A stretch of DNA of 43,347 nucleotides from Promethearchaeota archaeon (GCA_016840165.1 JAEOSU010000068.1:1-43347); one strand, 5' to 3'. Positions 19,802 through 29,711 are shown, counted from the stretch's first letter. Notes: generated by a model from the letters alone, not told the origin. Made by a program: numbers and translations.

Positions 19802-20437
19802 ATTTAGAATCTCCGCACTTTTAATAGATTTATTTACCATATCCTTTAGACTTATCTTGTTTTCAGAAAATAACACTTCCTTTAGTTTAGCATGTGTCTC
19901 AGGATATTGAGGATTGAAACCGCAAGTAGCAGAAGGGTGAGAGATTAAATCATATAATCCTAATTCTCTTATAGCGTCAATTACTTCGTTTTTATCATAT
20001 GCAATAAGGGGTCTTAATATTATAAAATCCTCGGCTATATCATTATAGCTATATATATTATCTAAAGTCTGGCTGGCTTGTTCTCCTAATATATCACCAG
20101 TTAAAATAATATTTGCATTTTCTCTTAAGCCTATAATTCTTGCTATTCTAATCATCAAGCGTTTGCATAAAACACATGTTAATTTCCGTTGACAATTTGT
20201 CTTTAAAACGTTTAGAGAATCGTCATAGTCTATAATGTAAACCTTTATTGGATTTTTTGTTAATTCTTTTAATTTTTTAATAATAGTAATAACTTTATTT
20301 TTCATAGAATGCATTTTATCGTCAGATGTAAGAAAAGTTAGAAAAATCGGGATAAAACCGCGATTGATCATTAATGCTGCTGCTAATGGACTGTCAAATC
20401 CTCCTGAAATCAGCGAAATAAATTTTTTCACAATCAT
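19796..20437 (-). CDS. ThiI-like PP-loop adenylation domain (no THUMP domain)
   Basis: LISGGFDSP.A, C..CKR.M, TGD.LGEQASQTL.N, RPLI..DK.E; only 213 aa. Confidence 0.87.
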   Translation of the reverse strand: MIVKKFISLISGGFDSPLAAALMINRGFIPIFLTFLTSDDKMHSMKNKVITIIKKLKELTKNPIKVYIIDYDDSLNVLKTNCQRKLTCVLCKRLMIRIARIIGLRENANIILTGDILGEQASQTLDNIYSYNDIAEDFIILRPLIAYDKNEVIDAIRELGLYDLISHPSATCGFNPQYPETHAKLKEVLFSENKISLKDMVNKSIKSAEILNL

Positions 20438-20443
20438 ATGAAC

Positions 20444-21049
20444 TTATTTTACTCTAATTTCTTTTCGTTTCCAATTCTTTAAAGCATTATTAAAATCTTT
20501 TAAAGATATTTGACGAGAAATTTGTATTTTATCTTCAGCTTCTAGTCTTCTGATTTTCAATTGAAGACGTTTATTCTTCTCATAAAATGTTTCAGCTTTT
20601 GGGTATTCATCTATAAATATATCTTTAATTCTTTCTAATCCAATATTTCTTAGACTATCATAGTTGTTAACAACGAAATGGCATAATGGATCTATTGTTA
20701 TCTCTATATTGAAAGAATCTATTCTTCTTATTGCTAATGGATATGCTTTACATGCATATGGTTTTTCGTTGTGTATAGTACATCCTTTAATTTTATCATA
20801 AAAAACACAACTTCCTTGGGGTTTTAGAATAATGCGGTAAGTCAAAACGAGGATCTTTTTGTTTTTTATATCAGGAAATACTAGATCCTCCTTGACTTTA
20901 AAAGGGAGATTTCTCTTTTTAGCAATTTCGATTAATTTATCTACCTCTTCAGGATAAAGTGGAATGCGTTTAATGTAATCGTTATTTGTGTTTTGAGGTA
21001 TTGAACAACAAATTCCGCATTTCAAACATTCATATCTTAATTTATTCAT
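20444..21049 (-). CDS. YkgJ-family cysteine-cluster (CxxCxxCC) protein
   Basis: CLKCGICC, CVFY, CTIH..KP..C..YP. Confidence 0.87.
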   Translation of the reverse strand: MNKLRYECLKCGICCSIPQNTNNDYIKRIPLYPEEVDKLIEIAKKRNLPFKVKEDLVFPDIKNKKILVLTYRIILKPQGSCVFYDKIKGCTIHNEKPYACKAYPLAIRRIDSFNIEITIDPLCHFVVNNYDSLRNIGLERIKDIFIDEYPKAETFYEKNKRLQLKIRRLEAEDKIQISRQISLKDFNNALKNWKRKEIRVK

Positions 21050-21218
21050 AATTTGAAATATTAACTACATTTATAATTTCAGACAAAATTCTGGTGATGT
21101 TATTAATGTATTACTTTAACGATAAATCATGTGTCTATTAGGATAACACATTGTTTTTAAAGATATAAAGAAGACTCATTTAATAATGATTTTATTTTAT
21201 AAGTAAAGGGTCTATATT

Positions 21219-22034
21219 GTGTTAGAAACGGGAATAAGAATTATTAAACATATGGATTTAATTAAAGATAATTTCAAAAATCCTATTTGTATTTTAGGGA
21301 TGCCAGGAATTGCTGATGTGGGTAAATTCGCAATCGATTCTTTAATCGGTCAACTAAATGCCCAAAATTTTATGGATTTTATTTTTGACGATTATCCTGC
21401 GGGAGCAATAGTAGATGATTCTCTTCTTTCTGCCCCAAAAGCAGAAATGTTATTTTGGAAAGACTCAGATAATCTAAGAGACATTATATTAATTACAGCC
21501 GATGCTCAGAGTTTAACTCCGAAAGGAATTTATAAGATATCTAATTTTCTTACGGAGGTGATTAATCAATATGGAATTAATTTAATTATAGCATTAGGAG
21601 CTTATCCTGTAAGTAGTAGAAAGCTAAATTCTAAAATTCCAAAAATTTATGTGAGTTCAACTAATCGGCAACTACTTGAGGATTTTCGATCAAAAAATAA
21701 TTGCGAGAAGATCCAAAAAGGAGTTATAATAGGTGCTAATGGTTTAATTCCTACTTTAGCAAAAGCTAGGTTTAATATTGATGGATTAGTGCTATTAGCT
21801 GAAACTGATAATGTAGCGATGATTAATGAGGATATTACAGATCTAAGAGCATCGATAACATTACTTGAAATGCTGAAAAAGTCATTCACCTTACCTATAA
21901 AGAAGAAATATTCACTTGAGAATATAGATACTATAACAAAAAATCTACAAAGTAAAAGAGATCAGTTAGAAAAAGATCTTGATAGTTTCCAATTTGTTGA
22001 TGCCGAAGATAAGAAAAAATCACTTTATATCTAA
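21219..22034 (+). CDS. PAC2-family proteasome assembly chaperone
   Basis: G.PGIADVGK.A, DIILITADAQ, IALGA, I.GANGLI, LLAET. Confidence 0.87.
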   Translation: MLETGIRIIKHMDLIKDNFKNPICILGMPGIADVGKFAIDSLIGQLNAQNFMDFIFDDYPAGAIVDDSLLSAPKAEMLFWKDSDNLRDIILITADAQSLTPKGIYKISNFLTEVINQYGINLIIALGAYPVSSRKLNSKIPKIYVSSTNRQLLEDFRSKNNCEKIQKGVIIGANGLIPTLAKARFNIDGLVLLAETDNVAMINEDITDLRASITLLEMLKKSFTLPIKKKYSLENIDTITKNLQSKRDQLEKDLDSFQFVDAEDKKKSLYI

Positions 22035-22131
22035 AACCTATTTAATTTTCATCTTAATTTAAGAACTTGGGGCACTTTATTAATAAGAACATATCACAAA
22101 ATATTTTAATTATGAATCGTTATTTAATATC

Positions 22132-22281
22132 ATGAAATACGTATGCGCTAGGAAAAATTGTGGGAAAGAAGTATCTAGAAAAGAGTTAAATGCGCTTCCC
22201 GGTATTAAGTGTTCTCATTGTGGTTTTCGAATTTTATATAAGAAGCGACCAGATGTAATAAAAAGATTAAAAGTCCGATAA
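22132..22281 (+). CDS. rpoP: DNA-directed RNA polymerase subunit P (Rpo12); missing from the ORF track
   Basis: Hand translation: MKYVCARKNCGKEVSRKELNALPGIKCSHCGFRILYKKRPDVIKRLKVR (49 aa), with the YxC..CG / IKC..CG.RILYKKR signature. Confidence 0.94.
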   Translation: MKYVCARKNCGKEVSRKELNALPGIKCSHCGFRILYKKRPDVIKRLKVR

Positions 22282-22289
22282 TTTTTTAT

Positions 22290-23225
22290 CTATTTATATA
22301 TATTAGCTTCAAATTTTAAATGATCAATTAATTCTTTATATCTATTACGAATAGTTGCTTCAGTAACACCAGCAGCTAAAGATATTTCCTTTTGAGTTCT
22401 ACGTTCTCCTTCTTGTATAGCAGCAACATATAATGCTGCTCCAGCTAAACCTGTCGGAGCCTTACCTGCTGTGATATGATATTTTTTGGCTAATTTTAAT
22501 AATTCGGCAGCTCGATTTTGAGTTCTTCCCGAAAGATTTAGTGAAGCACAAAAACGAGGAATGAAATTAATAGGTGAAGAGACTCCAATATTAATTTTTA
22601 ATTCATTAATTATTAATCGATAGCATCTGGCAATTTTTTTTTTATCAACCATGGCAAATTCTAAGAAATCGTCAAGCGTTTTAGGAATATTATTCAATCT
22701 ACAGGATAAATAGATAGATGCTATTAACATTGCTTCTATGGATCTTCCTCTGATCAAATTTTTAATTGCCATTTTTCGATAGATGTGTGCCGCAGATTCT
22801 TTCAGGTCTTTAGAAAGATTTAATTGAGAGGAAAATCGATCCAATTCATTCATAGCATAAGCTAAATTTCTATCGATAGATTTATTTGTTCTTGTTCTAA
22901 CATGCCATTTTCTTAATCTATAAACTTCTGCTTTCATTTTAGGGCTTATTGATTTTCCGAATGCATCTTTATTCTTCCATCCTATCATTGTACTTAAGCC
23001 CTTATCATGAAGAGTTAGAGTTGTTGGTGCTCCTACCCTTACTTTTTTATTTGCCTCTTCTGAGGAGAATGCTCTCCATTCAGGTCCAGAATCAATAATT
23101 CTTTGCCCTAAAACCAAACCACATACACTGCATACTATCTCACCTCTAGCTTCATCCGAAATTAAATTAGTATTCCCACATTCTGGACATAAGGTTAAAT
23201 TGTTCTGAGGCATTGAAAGATCCAA
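22290..23225 (-). CDS. tfb: Transcription initiation factor TFB (start may be ATG at 23213)
   Basis: CPECG...RGEIVC..CGLV, ID.GPEWRAF, RVGAP, LHDKGLST, RLRKW, two cyclin repeats, VTEATIRNRYKEL. Confidence 0.97.
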   Translation of the reverse strand: MDLSMPQNNLTLCPECGNTNLISDEARGEIVCSVCGLVLGQRIIDSGPEWRAFSSEEANKKVRVGAPTTLTLHDKGLSTMIGWKNKDAFGKSISPKMKAEVYRLRKWHVRTRTNKSIDRNLAYAMNELDRFSSQLNLSKDLKESAAHIYRKMAIKNLIRGRSIEAMLIASIYLSCRLNNIPKTLDDFLEFAMVDKKKIARCYRLIINELKINIGVSSPINFIPRFCASLNLSGRTQNRAAELLKLAKKYHITAGKAPTGLAGAALYVAAIQEGERRTQKEISLAAGVTEATIRNRYKELIDHLKFEANIYK

Positions 23226-23393
23226 ATACGTCTACCCTAAAATATATCTGATCCTTACTTTCTATATTTGAATTTGAGCTTTTAAATGTTTGCGTTTTGA
23301 AGGTTTCCCAGTTAATAAAAAAAGCATTTTAAGTTTTTAGATTATACACCTATACCAAAAAATTTTAATAAGTTTAAATTTTCTAATAATATA

Positions 23394-23870
23394 ATGCGAC
23401 ATTATTATAGAAGCCATGGTAAACATTGTTATCTACGTTCTTTTAAGACATCTTGCCCAACATGTGGAGCAGATGTATTATATTGGGAATGTACTCATGG
23501 AAGTAAAATATTTTTTGAATATCCTCCGTATGGAAAATTAGTGAAACATTATTGTCGGAAATATCTATCTTCTAAATCACAAAAGAAAAAATTCAAGGTA
23601 ATTGTTAAAACACCGAATCGCTTATTTGATGATCCGAAAATCAGTTGTCCAATTTGTGGCAAATTATTTGATAGTAATATTAGCTTAGATAACCATTTAA
23701 TAATGCTAAAAAGAACTGATCCCGAACATAAGAATTTTTTCAAGGATAGAATTAAATTTAGTGAAGAGGACCATTATAAAAACAGGAAAAAACAAAAAGA
23801 GAATAATTCTTTTCAGAGTCCTAAATTTGGTCAAGTTAATATTAAAAAAGCAAATAAAAATAGTTCGTAA
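23394..23870 (+). CDS. Zinc-finger protein (Zn ribbon plus C2H2-like finger)
   Basis: CPTCG...C.H...HYC and CPICGKLF.....L..H; basic C-terminal tail. Confidence 0.65.
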   Translation: MRHYYRSHGKHCYLRSFKTSCPTCGADVLYWECTHGSKIFFEYPPYGKLVKHYCRKYLSSKSQKKKFKVIVKTPNRLFDDPKISCPICGKLFDSNISLDNHLIMLKRTDPEHKNFFKDRIKFSEEDHYKNRKKQKENNSFQSPKFGQVNIKKANKNSS

Positions 23871-23949
23871 CCATAAATTTTTAATAAAAATTTTATAATT
23901 ATATTTATACCAATATAATAATATTGATTTAAATCTTGAGGATATTAGA

Positions 23950-24555
23950 ATGCCATCAACTCCCGAGACTGCTGTTTACAAATTAATGCAAAAAGATCCT
24001 AGTATAATTGCTGCTGCGGTATTGCAAGGAAATAATGTAATTTATTCCACCGATAACTGGGACATCAGCGCTGATGCTGGTAAAGTTGTTTCTAGTTGGA
24101 ATAGTATGAATGCTCAATTCATCATGATCTCTGGAGTGAAATACTCTATTCTGCAGTGTACTACTGAACGATTAGTTGCTACTTCAATTCGAGGTGAAGG
24201 TCATATTCTCGGTTCAAAGGACGAGGAACATAAAATAATCGTATATTTAGAGCCAGATGGCGAACCAATGGGAGCCACTATGGATACAGCTAGAGCATTA
24301 GCGGAATTAAGTTCTAAAAGTAGTTATTTAGATGAGGGTGCTCAATTAGGAAGCTCAATGGGAGGACCAGTTTCAACTGCTTCGGCCGATATAGATCCTC
24401 AACTTAAGGGGGAAATTCAATCATTTTTAGATTGGATTAAAGATAATGAAGGATTATCTGGATATATTAATTATTATCTTCAACAAAATAACACTCAAAT
24501 AATATCACAATTATCTAAAATATATGCAGAATTAAGGCAAATTTTTGGTGTTTAA
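23950..24555 (+). CDS. Asgard profilin-like protein with C-terminal helical extension
   Basis: Residues ~1-122 follow the recalled Lokiarchaeal profilin pattern (IY.TDNW.IS, I.GVKY.I...T.ERLV.T.I.G.GHI). Confidence 0.75.
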   Translation: MPSTPETAVYKLMQKDPSIIAAAVLQGNNVIYSTDNWDISADAGKVVSSWNSMNAQFIMISGVKYSILQCTTERLVATSIRGEGHILGSKDEEHKIIVYLEPDGEPMGATMDTARALAELSSKSSYLDEGAQLGSSMGGPVSTASADIDPQLKGEIQSFLDWIKDNEGLSGYINYYLQQNNTQIISQLSKIYAELRQIFGV

Positions 24556-24635
24556 TACATAATCTTCTTTTTGATTGGTAATCAATAAATAATTTTAATT
24601 TATTATAATATTATAATAGCAAATTTCATTTTTTA

Positions 24636-25130
24636 GTGATTCTTCTGGATAATTCTAATAATAAACCGCATAACACTCGAAAGATTCTGGATAAAAATAA
24701 AGAATCTGATCCCTCTATCCAAGGTTCTTCTAAAGAACAAAAATTAAAGAAAGAAAAAAGAAGCGATAAAATCCATAAAATTGAAGATGATGATTTAAAT
24801 GTTCCAGAAATTCCTGAACCGCCTAAAAAAAAGGTAAAACTAACACAAAATTCACCCGGGCTATCAGCTCAAATATTAAAAGAAGCTAAGAATCTTGAAA
24901 ATGAAATAAATAAAGTTGTTTTAGTTAATTGCGAAAGATGTAAAGAAGTTATTCCTGTACCTATACCAAGAGAATTTATAATTGCTTCAAAAATTCCTGT
25001 AGTGCCAGTATCTTTCGTCCATAAAAATCCAAAAGGAAAAGATTTGCACTGTATTACTCTCTTTTTAGATTCTGATTTTGATATTCGAAGACAAAGGATA
25101 TCCGATGTAGTAATTTCAGAAAATATATAA
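24636..25130 (+). CDS. Hypothetical protein: charged disordered N-terminus plus C-terminal CxxC/His domain
   Basis: CERC...VPIP...VSFVH...HC..LFLD.DF.IRR. Confidence 0.65.
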   Translation: MILLDNSNNKPHNTRKILDKNKESDPSIQGSSKEQKLKKEKRSDKIHKIEDDDLNVPEIPEPPKKKVKLTQNSPGLSAQILKEAKNLENEINKVVLVNCERCKEVIPVPIPREFIIASKIPVVPVSFVHKNPKGKDLHCITLFLDSDFDIRRQRISDVVISENI

Positions 25131-25172
25131 AATGATTTTATTAGTTAATTGCTTTTTACTTTGAGATAAAAC

Positions 25173-25418
25173 TTATACTGAAGATGATAAATATATAATT
25201 ATGAGTGAAATTATTATAGGGGTTAAACATAAAAAACATAGGAAAAGCATGAAGCTATATCTCCATTTCAAATCATTTGGATTTAAGATTATTTTACAAT
25301 TAGGACAATATTTCTGCTCTGGATTTAAGATTATATTATCACAGTTATAGCATCTAATCTGATATTTTCCATTATCTTGAAGAGCTTTATCATTCATATA
25401 TTTTGGAGAAATTTTCAA
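25173..25418 (-). CDS. Small Zn-ribbon protein with C-terminal TM segment
   Basis: CYNC...YCPNC followed by a hydrophobic C-terminal stretch. Confidence 0.65.
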   Translation of the reverse strand: MKISPKYMNDKALQDNGKYQIRCYNCDNIILNPEQKYCPNCKIILNPNDLKWRYSFMLFLCFLCLTPIIISLIIIYLSSSV

Positions 25419-25492
25419 ATATTAGCTATAATTACTTAATATTTGTATTAGTTTAAAAATGAAACCTTAAGAGTCATAATAAAGATTAAAAT

Positions 25493-25864
25493 GTGATTAA
25501 TTTGAAGTTGTTAGTTGAGAGGGAAAGAATTATTGATGATTCAGTGATTTATGGTAAAATTTTTAAATTGCATAAGAGTTATTTGATAATGATTTCTGAT
25601 CATAAAGAGATGGGCATTGGAAATGTATTATTAAGCAATCCTCCTACTATTGAAGGTATTAAAGCATCGGTTGCATCATATGAGCTATTTGGATTAGGTA
25701 ATGATATGATTAGCAAAATTATGGTAGAGAGAGCAGCCTCCTACCTTAAAACATCAGTGCTTTTATTGTTTTTTATGAAAGCTAGAAAAAGTGAGGATAG
25801 CTTTTTAAAAGCATTAATGGCATTTGTTAATGATATTTTAAAGGAGATAAATACCGATGGTTAA
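25493..25864 (+). CDS. Hypothetical protein, possibly PAC4-like chaperone fold
   Basis: 123 aa, beta-rich start then helix-strand-helix; the family call is tentative. Confidence 0.5.
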   Translation: MINLKLLVERERIIDDSVIYGKIFKLHKSYLIMISDHKEMGIGNVLLSNPPTIEGIKASVASYELFGLGNDMISKIMVERAASYLKTSVLLLFFMKARKSEDSFLKALMAFVNDILKEINTDG

Positions 25865-25944
25865 CGGACATCTAGAAAAGTAAATTTTAATTCTTTGTTT
25901 TATTTGATTAATTTAAATCAAAATGAAAATTTTATAACTCCGAT

Positions 25945-26047
25945 GCAGAGATAACCAAGCCAGGTCAACGCTATAATGCGGCTAACGGTGATGGACTCAA
26001 GATCCATTGGCATAGGCCCTACGGGAGTTCAAATCTCCCTCTCTGCA
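25945..26047 (+). tRNA. tRNA-Leu(CAA) with a 17-nt D-loop intron (21/22: 25969-25985)
   Basis: GCAGAGA/TCTCTGC acceptor stem, ATGGA-CTCAAGA-TCCAT anticodon arm, long variable arm, GGGAG-TTCAAAT-CTCCC T arm; spliced length 86 nt. Confidence 0.93.
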
Positions 26048-26117
26048 TTTCTCTAAGACATGTAAGATGATAGTAGGGATTTAATAATTTTTCTATATTA
26101 GACTATGAAAAGTTCTA

Positions 26118-26345
26118 TTATTGGAAAACGAATAAGAGTATAAACATCACGGCCATCATCCCAAATAAAAAAATCATTTGGTATCTCCCCTTTTTTTTTT
26201 GCTTTCTTTCTCTTGTTGAGTAATTATCTTTACAAGTTTGACTACAAAACTGTTTGTCAGAAGGCATTGCTTTTCCACAAATCGGGCAATGAGTATGCGG
26301 TCCCCATTTTTTTTTAATTTGATCTTTCCAAGATGATTGAGACAT
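26118..26345 (-). CDS. DUF2116-family Zn-ribbon protein with C-terminal TM
   Basis: PH.HCPICGK.MP....FCS..C, basic patch, terminal hydrophobic helix. Confidence 0.82.
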   Translation of the reverse strand: MSQSSWKDQIKKKWGPHTHCPICGKAMPSDKQFCSQTCKDNYSTRERKQKKKGRYQMIFLFGMMAVMFILLFVFQ

Positions 26346-26425
26346 GATTAAAAGTGATTTTAATTCAATTTATGAGATATATGATCATAAAAGCGTATAG
26401 TTTAATATAATTTATTATAATATTA

Positions 26426-27139
26426 TCAAATTGAAATTAATGTTCCATTTATCTTTTTATCTTCTAGCAGTAATTTTCTAAATTCTTCCAAATTTTGTCC
26501 AGATGTAATAAATACTTCTAATTGACTTCTCCTCAATATTTGTAAAGATACTAAATCGAAAATTCTATATTCTCCAGCCGCTGATTGGGAGGAACTAGAG
26601 ACTTTCATGAGGAGATTGTTTAATTCATCATAACTTAAGCTCTTTATTAATTTTGCATCTTTATTCTTAGCAGGGTCTTTATCATAAATACCTTGGACGT
26701 CAGTAAGAATAATTACTCTAGGCGCATTAATAAATTCCGCGACTTCCATCGCAACGGATGTGGTTGATTGTCCTGGTTGAATACCCCCCATAACAATTAT
26801 TTTACCAAATTGAAGTGCTAAAGATAAATCCTCAAGATTATTGGGAACTTTTGGATATGATATATCTTTTAAACATGCAATCATCATTTTTGAGTTTATT
26901 TGTGATATATTGATACCGATTGAATCACATAATGCTTCATTTATGCCTTTATTTCTAAGAAAAGTAATATATTCACGAGCTAACGAACCTCCTCCACAAA
27001 TAATTATAATTTGATCATATTTTTTTCCTTGCCTTATAATCTGGCAGAACTGGGAAATAAAATCATTATTGATTCTATTTTGCTTGGTTAATAATAAAGA
27101 ACCACCAACTTTAATTACAATATTTTTCATAATAATCAA
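26426..27139 (-). CDS. pyrH: Uridylate kinase
   Basis: IKVGGS, GGG.LAREYI, D.IGI, MGG.QPGQST, TDV.GIYDKDP. Confidence 0.93.
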   Translation of the reverse strand: MIIMKNIVIKVGGSLLLTKQNRINNDFISQFCQIIRQGKKYDQIIIICGGGSLAREYITFLRNKGINEALCDSIGINISQINSKMMIACLKDISYPKVPNNLEDLSLALQFGKIIVMGGIQPGQSTTSVAMEVAEFINAPRVIILTDVQGIYDKDPAKNKDAKLIKSLSYDELNNLLMKVSSSSQSAAGEYRIFDLVSLQILRRSQLEVFITSGQNLEEFRKLLLEDKKINGTLISI

Positions 27140-27215
27140 ATTAGAAATTACTTTTTATTTAATATTATATAATCAAAAAGATAAATTAAGTTTCTAGAGA
27201 GATTTTTTCATAGCC

Positions 27216-28166
27216 ATGAAAAGAGTAATCGTTAAAGTACCGCATCGTATATCTGGTTTTTTTGAGATTGTAGACGAGATTAACGGTATAAAAATAAATG
27301 ATCCTGAAAAAGTCGGTTCCAGAGGGGCAGGGTTCAATTTAAATAGTTTCGGCACAACAGAGATATGCTTAGAAGAATTAGATAATAAAGAAGATGCTAG
27401 TAATAAAATTTTCATTAATAATATCGAGTTAAATGAGAATGCGGAAACTTCAAATTATGTTTTAAAATTTTGTTTACACAACCAAAAAAAATATTACAAT
27501 ATTAAAATTTTACATAATTTTGATTTACCTGTAGGCTGTGGTTTTGGAGCAAGTGGCTCAGGAGCATTAGGATGCATTTATGGCTTGAATGCTTTATTAG
27601 GTTTGCATTTAACAACTTCCGAAAAAGGTAGGATTGCCCATATTGCAGAAGTAGTAAATAGAACGGGATTAGGTACCGTATGCGGTCAATTGGGGGGAGG
27701 TTTAAGTATGTTATTAGAACCAGGATATCCATGCTCATATAAACAAATTAAAGTCTCTGACGATGTGATTTTGATTTGTGGAAGTTTTGGAGAGATTCAT
27801 ACTAAATCTATATTAAATGATCCTCAGCTAAATCATAACATAAAAACAGCAGGGAAGAAAGCTTTAAGTCGTTTATTGATAGATCCTAACATAAATAATT
27901 TTGTTAGGATTTCATATCAATTTGTATTAGATTGTAATATTTTAGCTATACTTGATTTAAATGAAATTGAAGATTTGTTAAAAGATTTGAATAAACTTAA
28001 TATTATTGGAGCTAGTATGAACCAATTAGGACGTTCGATTTTTATATTTTGTCGTAAGAGTTCTGAAAAAGGGGTTCAAGAGATATTAAATTCTTATAAA
28101 CCTGATCTAAAATTGTTTCAATCCAGTATTAATGGTAGTAAGAAATTCTTTACGAAGATAATGTAG
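27216..28166 (+). CDS. pok: Pantoate kinase (GHMP family)
   Basis: PHRISGFF, GSRGAG, LP.G.GFGASG.GAL, AH.AEV...TGLG.V, SM.QLG. Confidence 0.9.
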   Translation: MKRVIVKVPHRISGFFEIVDEINGIKINDPEKVGSRGAGFNLNSFGTTEICLEELDNKEDASNKIFINNIELNENAETSNYVLKFCLHNQKKYYNIKILHNFDLPVGCGFGASGSGALGCIYGLNALLGLHLTTSEKGRIAHIAEVVNRTGLGTVCGQLGGGLSMLLEPGYPCSYKQIKVSDDVILICGSFGEIHTKSILNDPQLNHNIKTAGKKALSRLLIDPNINNFVRISYQFVLDCNILAILDLNEIEDLLKDLNKLNIIGASMNQLGRSIFIFCRKSSEKGVQEILNSYKPDLKLFQSSINGSKKFFTKIM

Positions 28167-28175
28167 TTAATTTTC

Positions 28176-28997
28176 TTAATAATCTTTTAATGAATTTAAA
28201 GACCTAGATTTTAATGTTGCAGCCTCAACAGCACGTATAAGAGTAGCTCTCAGTTTTGCAGACTCTATCTCGTGAATAGCAGTTATCGTGGTTCCTCCTG
28301 GAGTTGCGACCATATCTTTTAACTCCCCTGGATGTTTGGATGTTTCTAAAATCAGTTTTGCAGCTCCCAAAACAGTCTGGGCAGCCAATCTTTGAGAAAT
28401 TTCTCTTGGTAAACCCATTTTTACGCCACCATCGGCAAGAGCTTCAATAATTATAAATATATATGCGGGACCACTTCCAGAAAGTCCTGTTACCGCATCA
28501 AGATGCTTTTCTTGTAACTCTACAACAATTCCAACAGCTTCAAATATCTTTTTCACATATTCCAAATCCATTGGTTTAACATATTTATTAAAGCTTAAAC
28601 CAGTAGCTGCAGCCCCTACTAATGCAGGAATATTCGTCATAACTCTAATAATTGCTACTTCCTCATTAAGATATTTTTGAATATGGTCAATAGACACCCC
28701 CGCAGCAATAGAAATTATGGTTTGTCTTTTATTTACAAGATTTCCTATTTCTTTTAAAACTGTATCAATTACTTGCGGGATAACCGCGATTAAAATATAT
28801 TTTGATGCTTTAATTAATTCAGTATTATTTGTAGCAGGCTCAACATCATAATTTTTTGAAATTGTGTTTAATTTAGTGGAATTCGTATCATAAATAGAAA
28901 TTTTATCTTTGGTAATAGTATTTGTTAATAATAATCGTTTTAATAAGGTCGAGCCTATTTTTCCTACGCCTATTATACCTAATTCCTTATCATTCAT
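28176..28997 (-). CDS. proC: Pyrroline-5-carboxylate reductase
   Basis: IGVGKIG, ISIAAGV, RVMTN, DAVTGLSGSGPAY, HPGELKD.V.TPGGTT. Confidence 0.95.
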   Translation of the reverse strand: MNDKELGIIGVGKIGSTLLKRLLLTNTITKDKISIYDTNSTKLNTISKNYDVEPATNNTELIKASKYILIAVIPQVIDTVLKEIGNLVNKRQTIISIAAGVSIDHIQKYLNEEVAIIRVMTNIPALVGAAATGLSFNKYVKPMDLEYVKKIFEAVGIVVELQEKHLDAVTGLSGSGPAYIFIIIEALADGGVKMGLPREISQRLAAQTVLGAAKLILETSKHPGELKDMVATPGGTTITAIHEIESAKLRATLIRAVEAATLKSRSLNSLKDY

Positions 28998-29081
28998 AAC
29001 TTAAGATCATTATTGAACCTAAAATAAGTTTTTTATAAATTCATAATTAGTTTTTAGTAAACAATTAATTATTATTAGAAA

Positions 29082-29612
29082 TCAATAATAAAAATCGATA
29101 TATTTTCTTTCATTACTAAAATTGTATGCTTTAATTCCAAAATCATACCAAAGGTTCCTTTCTAAAACGATATTATTGTCTTTGGTTTTTATTTGAAAGA
29201 ATTTATATTTTTTTAAGAATTTCTTTCCAACTGTATATTTCCGTGGTAGATTGATATAGATTGCTGCTATTTTTTTTCCTCTTTGAACTTTGACGAAGTA
29301 CCTTAAAAGATTACTTCCTATTTTATTATTTCGATATGCAGGATTTACATACAAAAAGATAAGTTTGACTTTCGGAACTAAATTTCCTAAGGCATCTACT
29401 TTAGAATGTTTTTTCTCTGCTAACAATACTGCGGATAAATTTTTAAAATAATATGCCGTTAAAATGAAATATTTTTCATTTTGTAGATTAATTTCAAAAT
29501 CATCAATAAAATCAATAAAATCATTAGCACAAAGCTGTAGTTCGATAAGATCTTCATTATTACCAAGCTTAATTACAATCTTTGATTTTTGCCTATTTAT
29601 TTCCATTTTCAA
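29082..29612 (-). CDS. GNAT-family acetyltransferase-like protein
   Basis: LYVNP.YRN.KIGS.LL acetyl-CoA motif A; F.KK..F. Confidence 0.75.
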   Translation of the reverse strand: MKMEINRQKSKIVIKLGNNEDLIELQLCANDFIDFIDDFEINLQNEKYFILTAYYFKNLSAVLLAEKKHSKVDALGNLVPKVKLIFLYVNPAYRNNKIGSNLLRYFVKVQRGKKIAAIYINLPRKYTVGKKFLKKYKFFQIKTKDNNIVLERNLWYDFGIKAYNFSNERKYIDFYY

Positions 29613-29711
29613 ACCACCTTCTACTATAATATATTATTTTCCTTTTCATTGGTATATAAAGATTTAAATTAAATAATTATTATTAAATATCAAAAAAATT
29701 ATGATTTATTT

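Noticed and set aside
25279-25334. Direct repeat GGATTTAAGATTAT, two copies
   Set aside because: It encodes the duplicated IILNP after each CxxC in a Zn ribbon; two copies only, not a CRISPR or att site.
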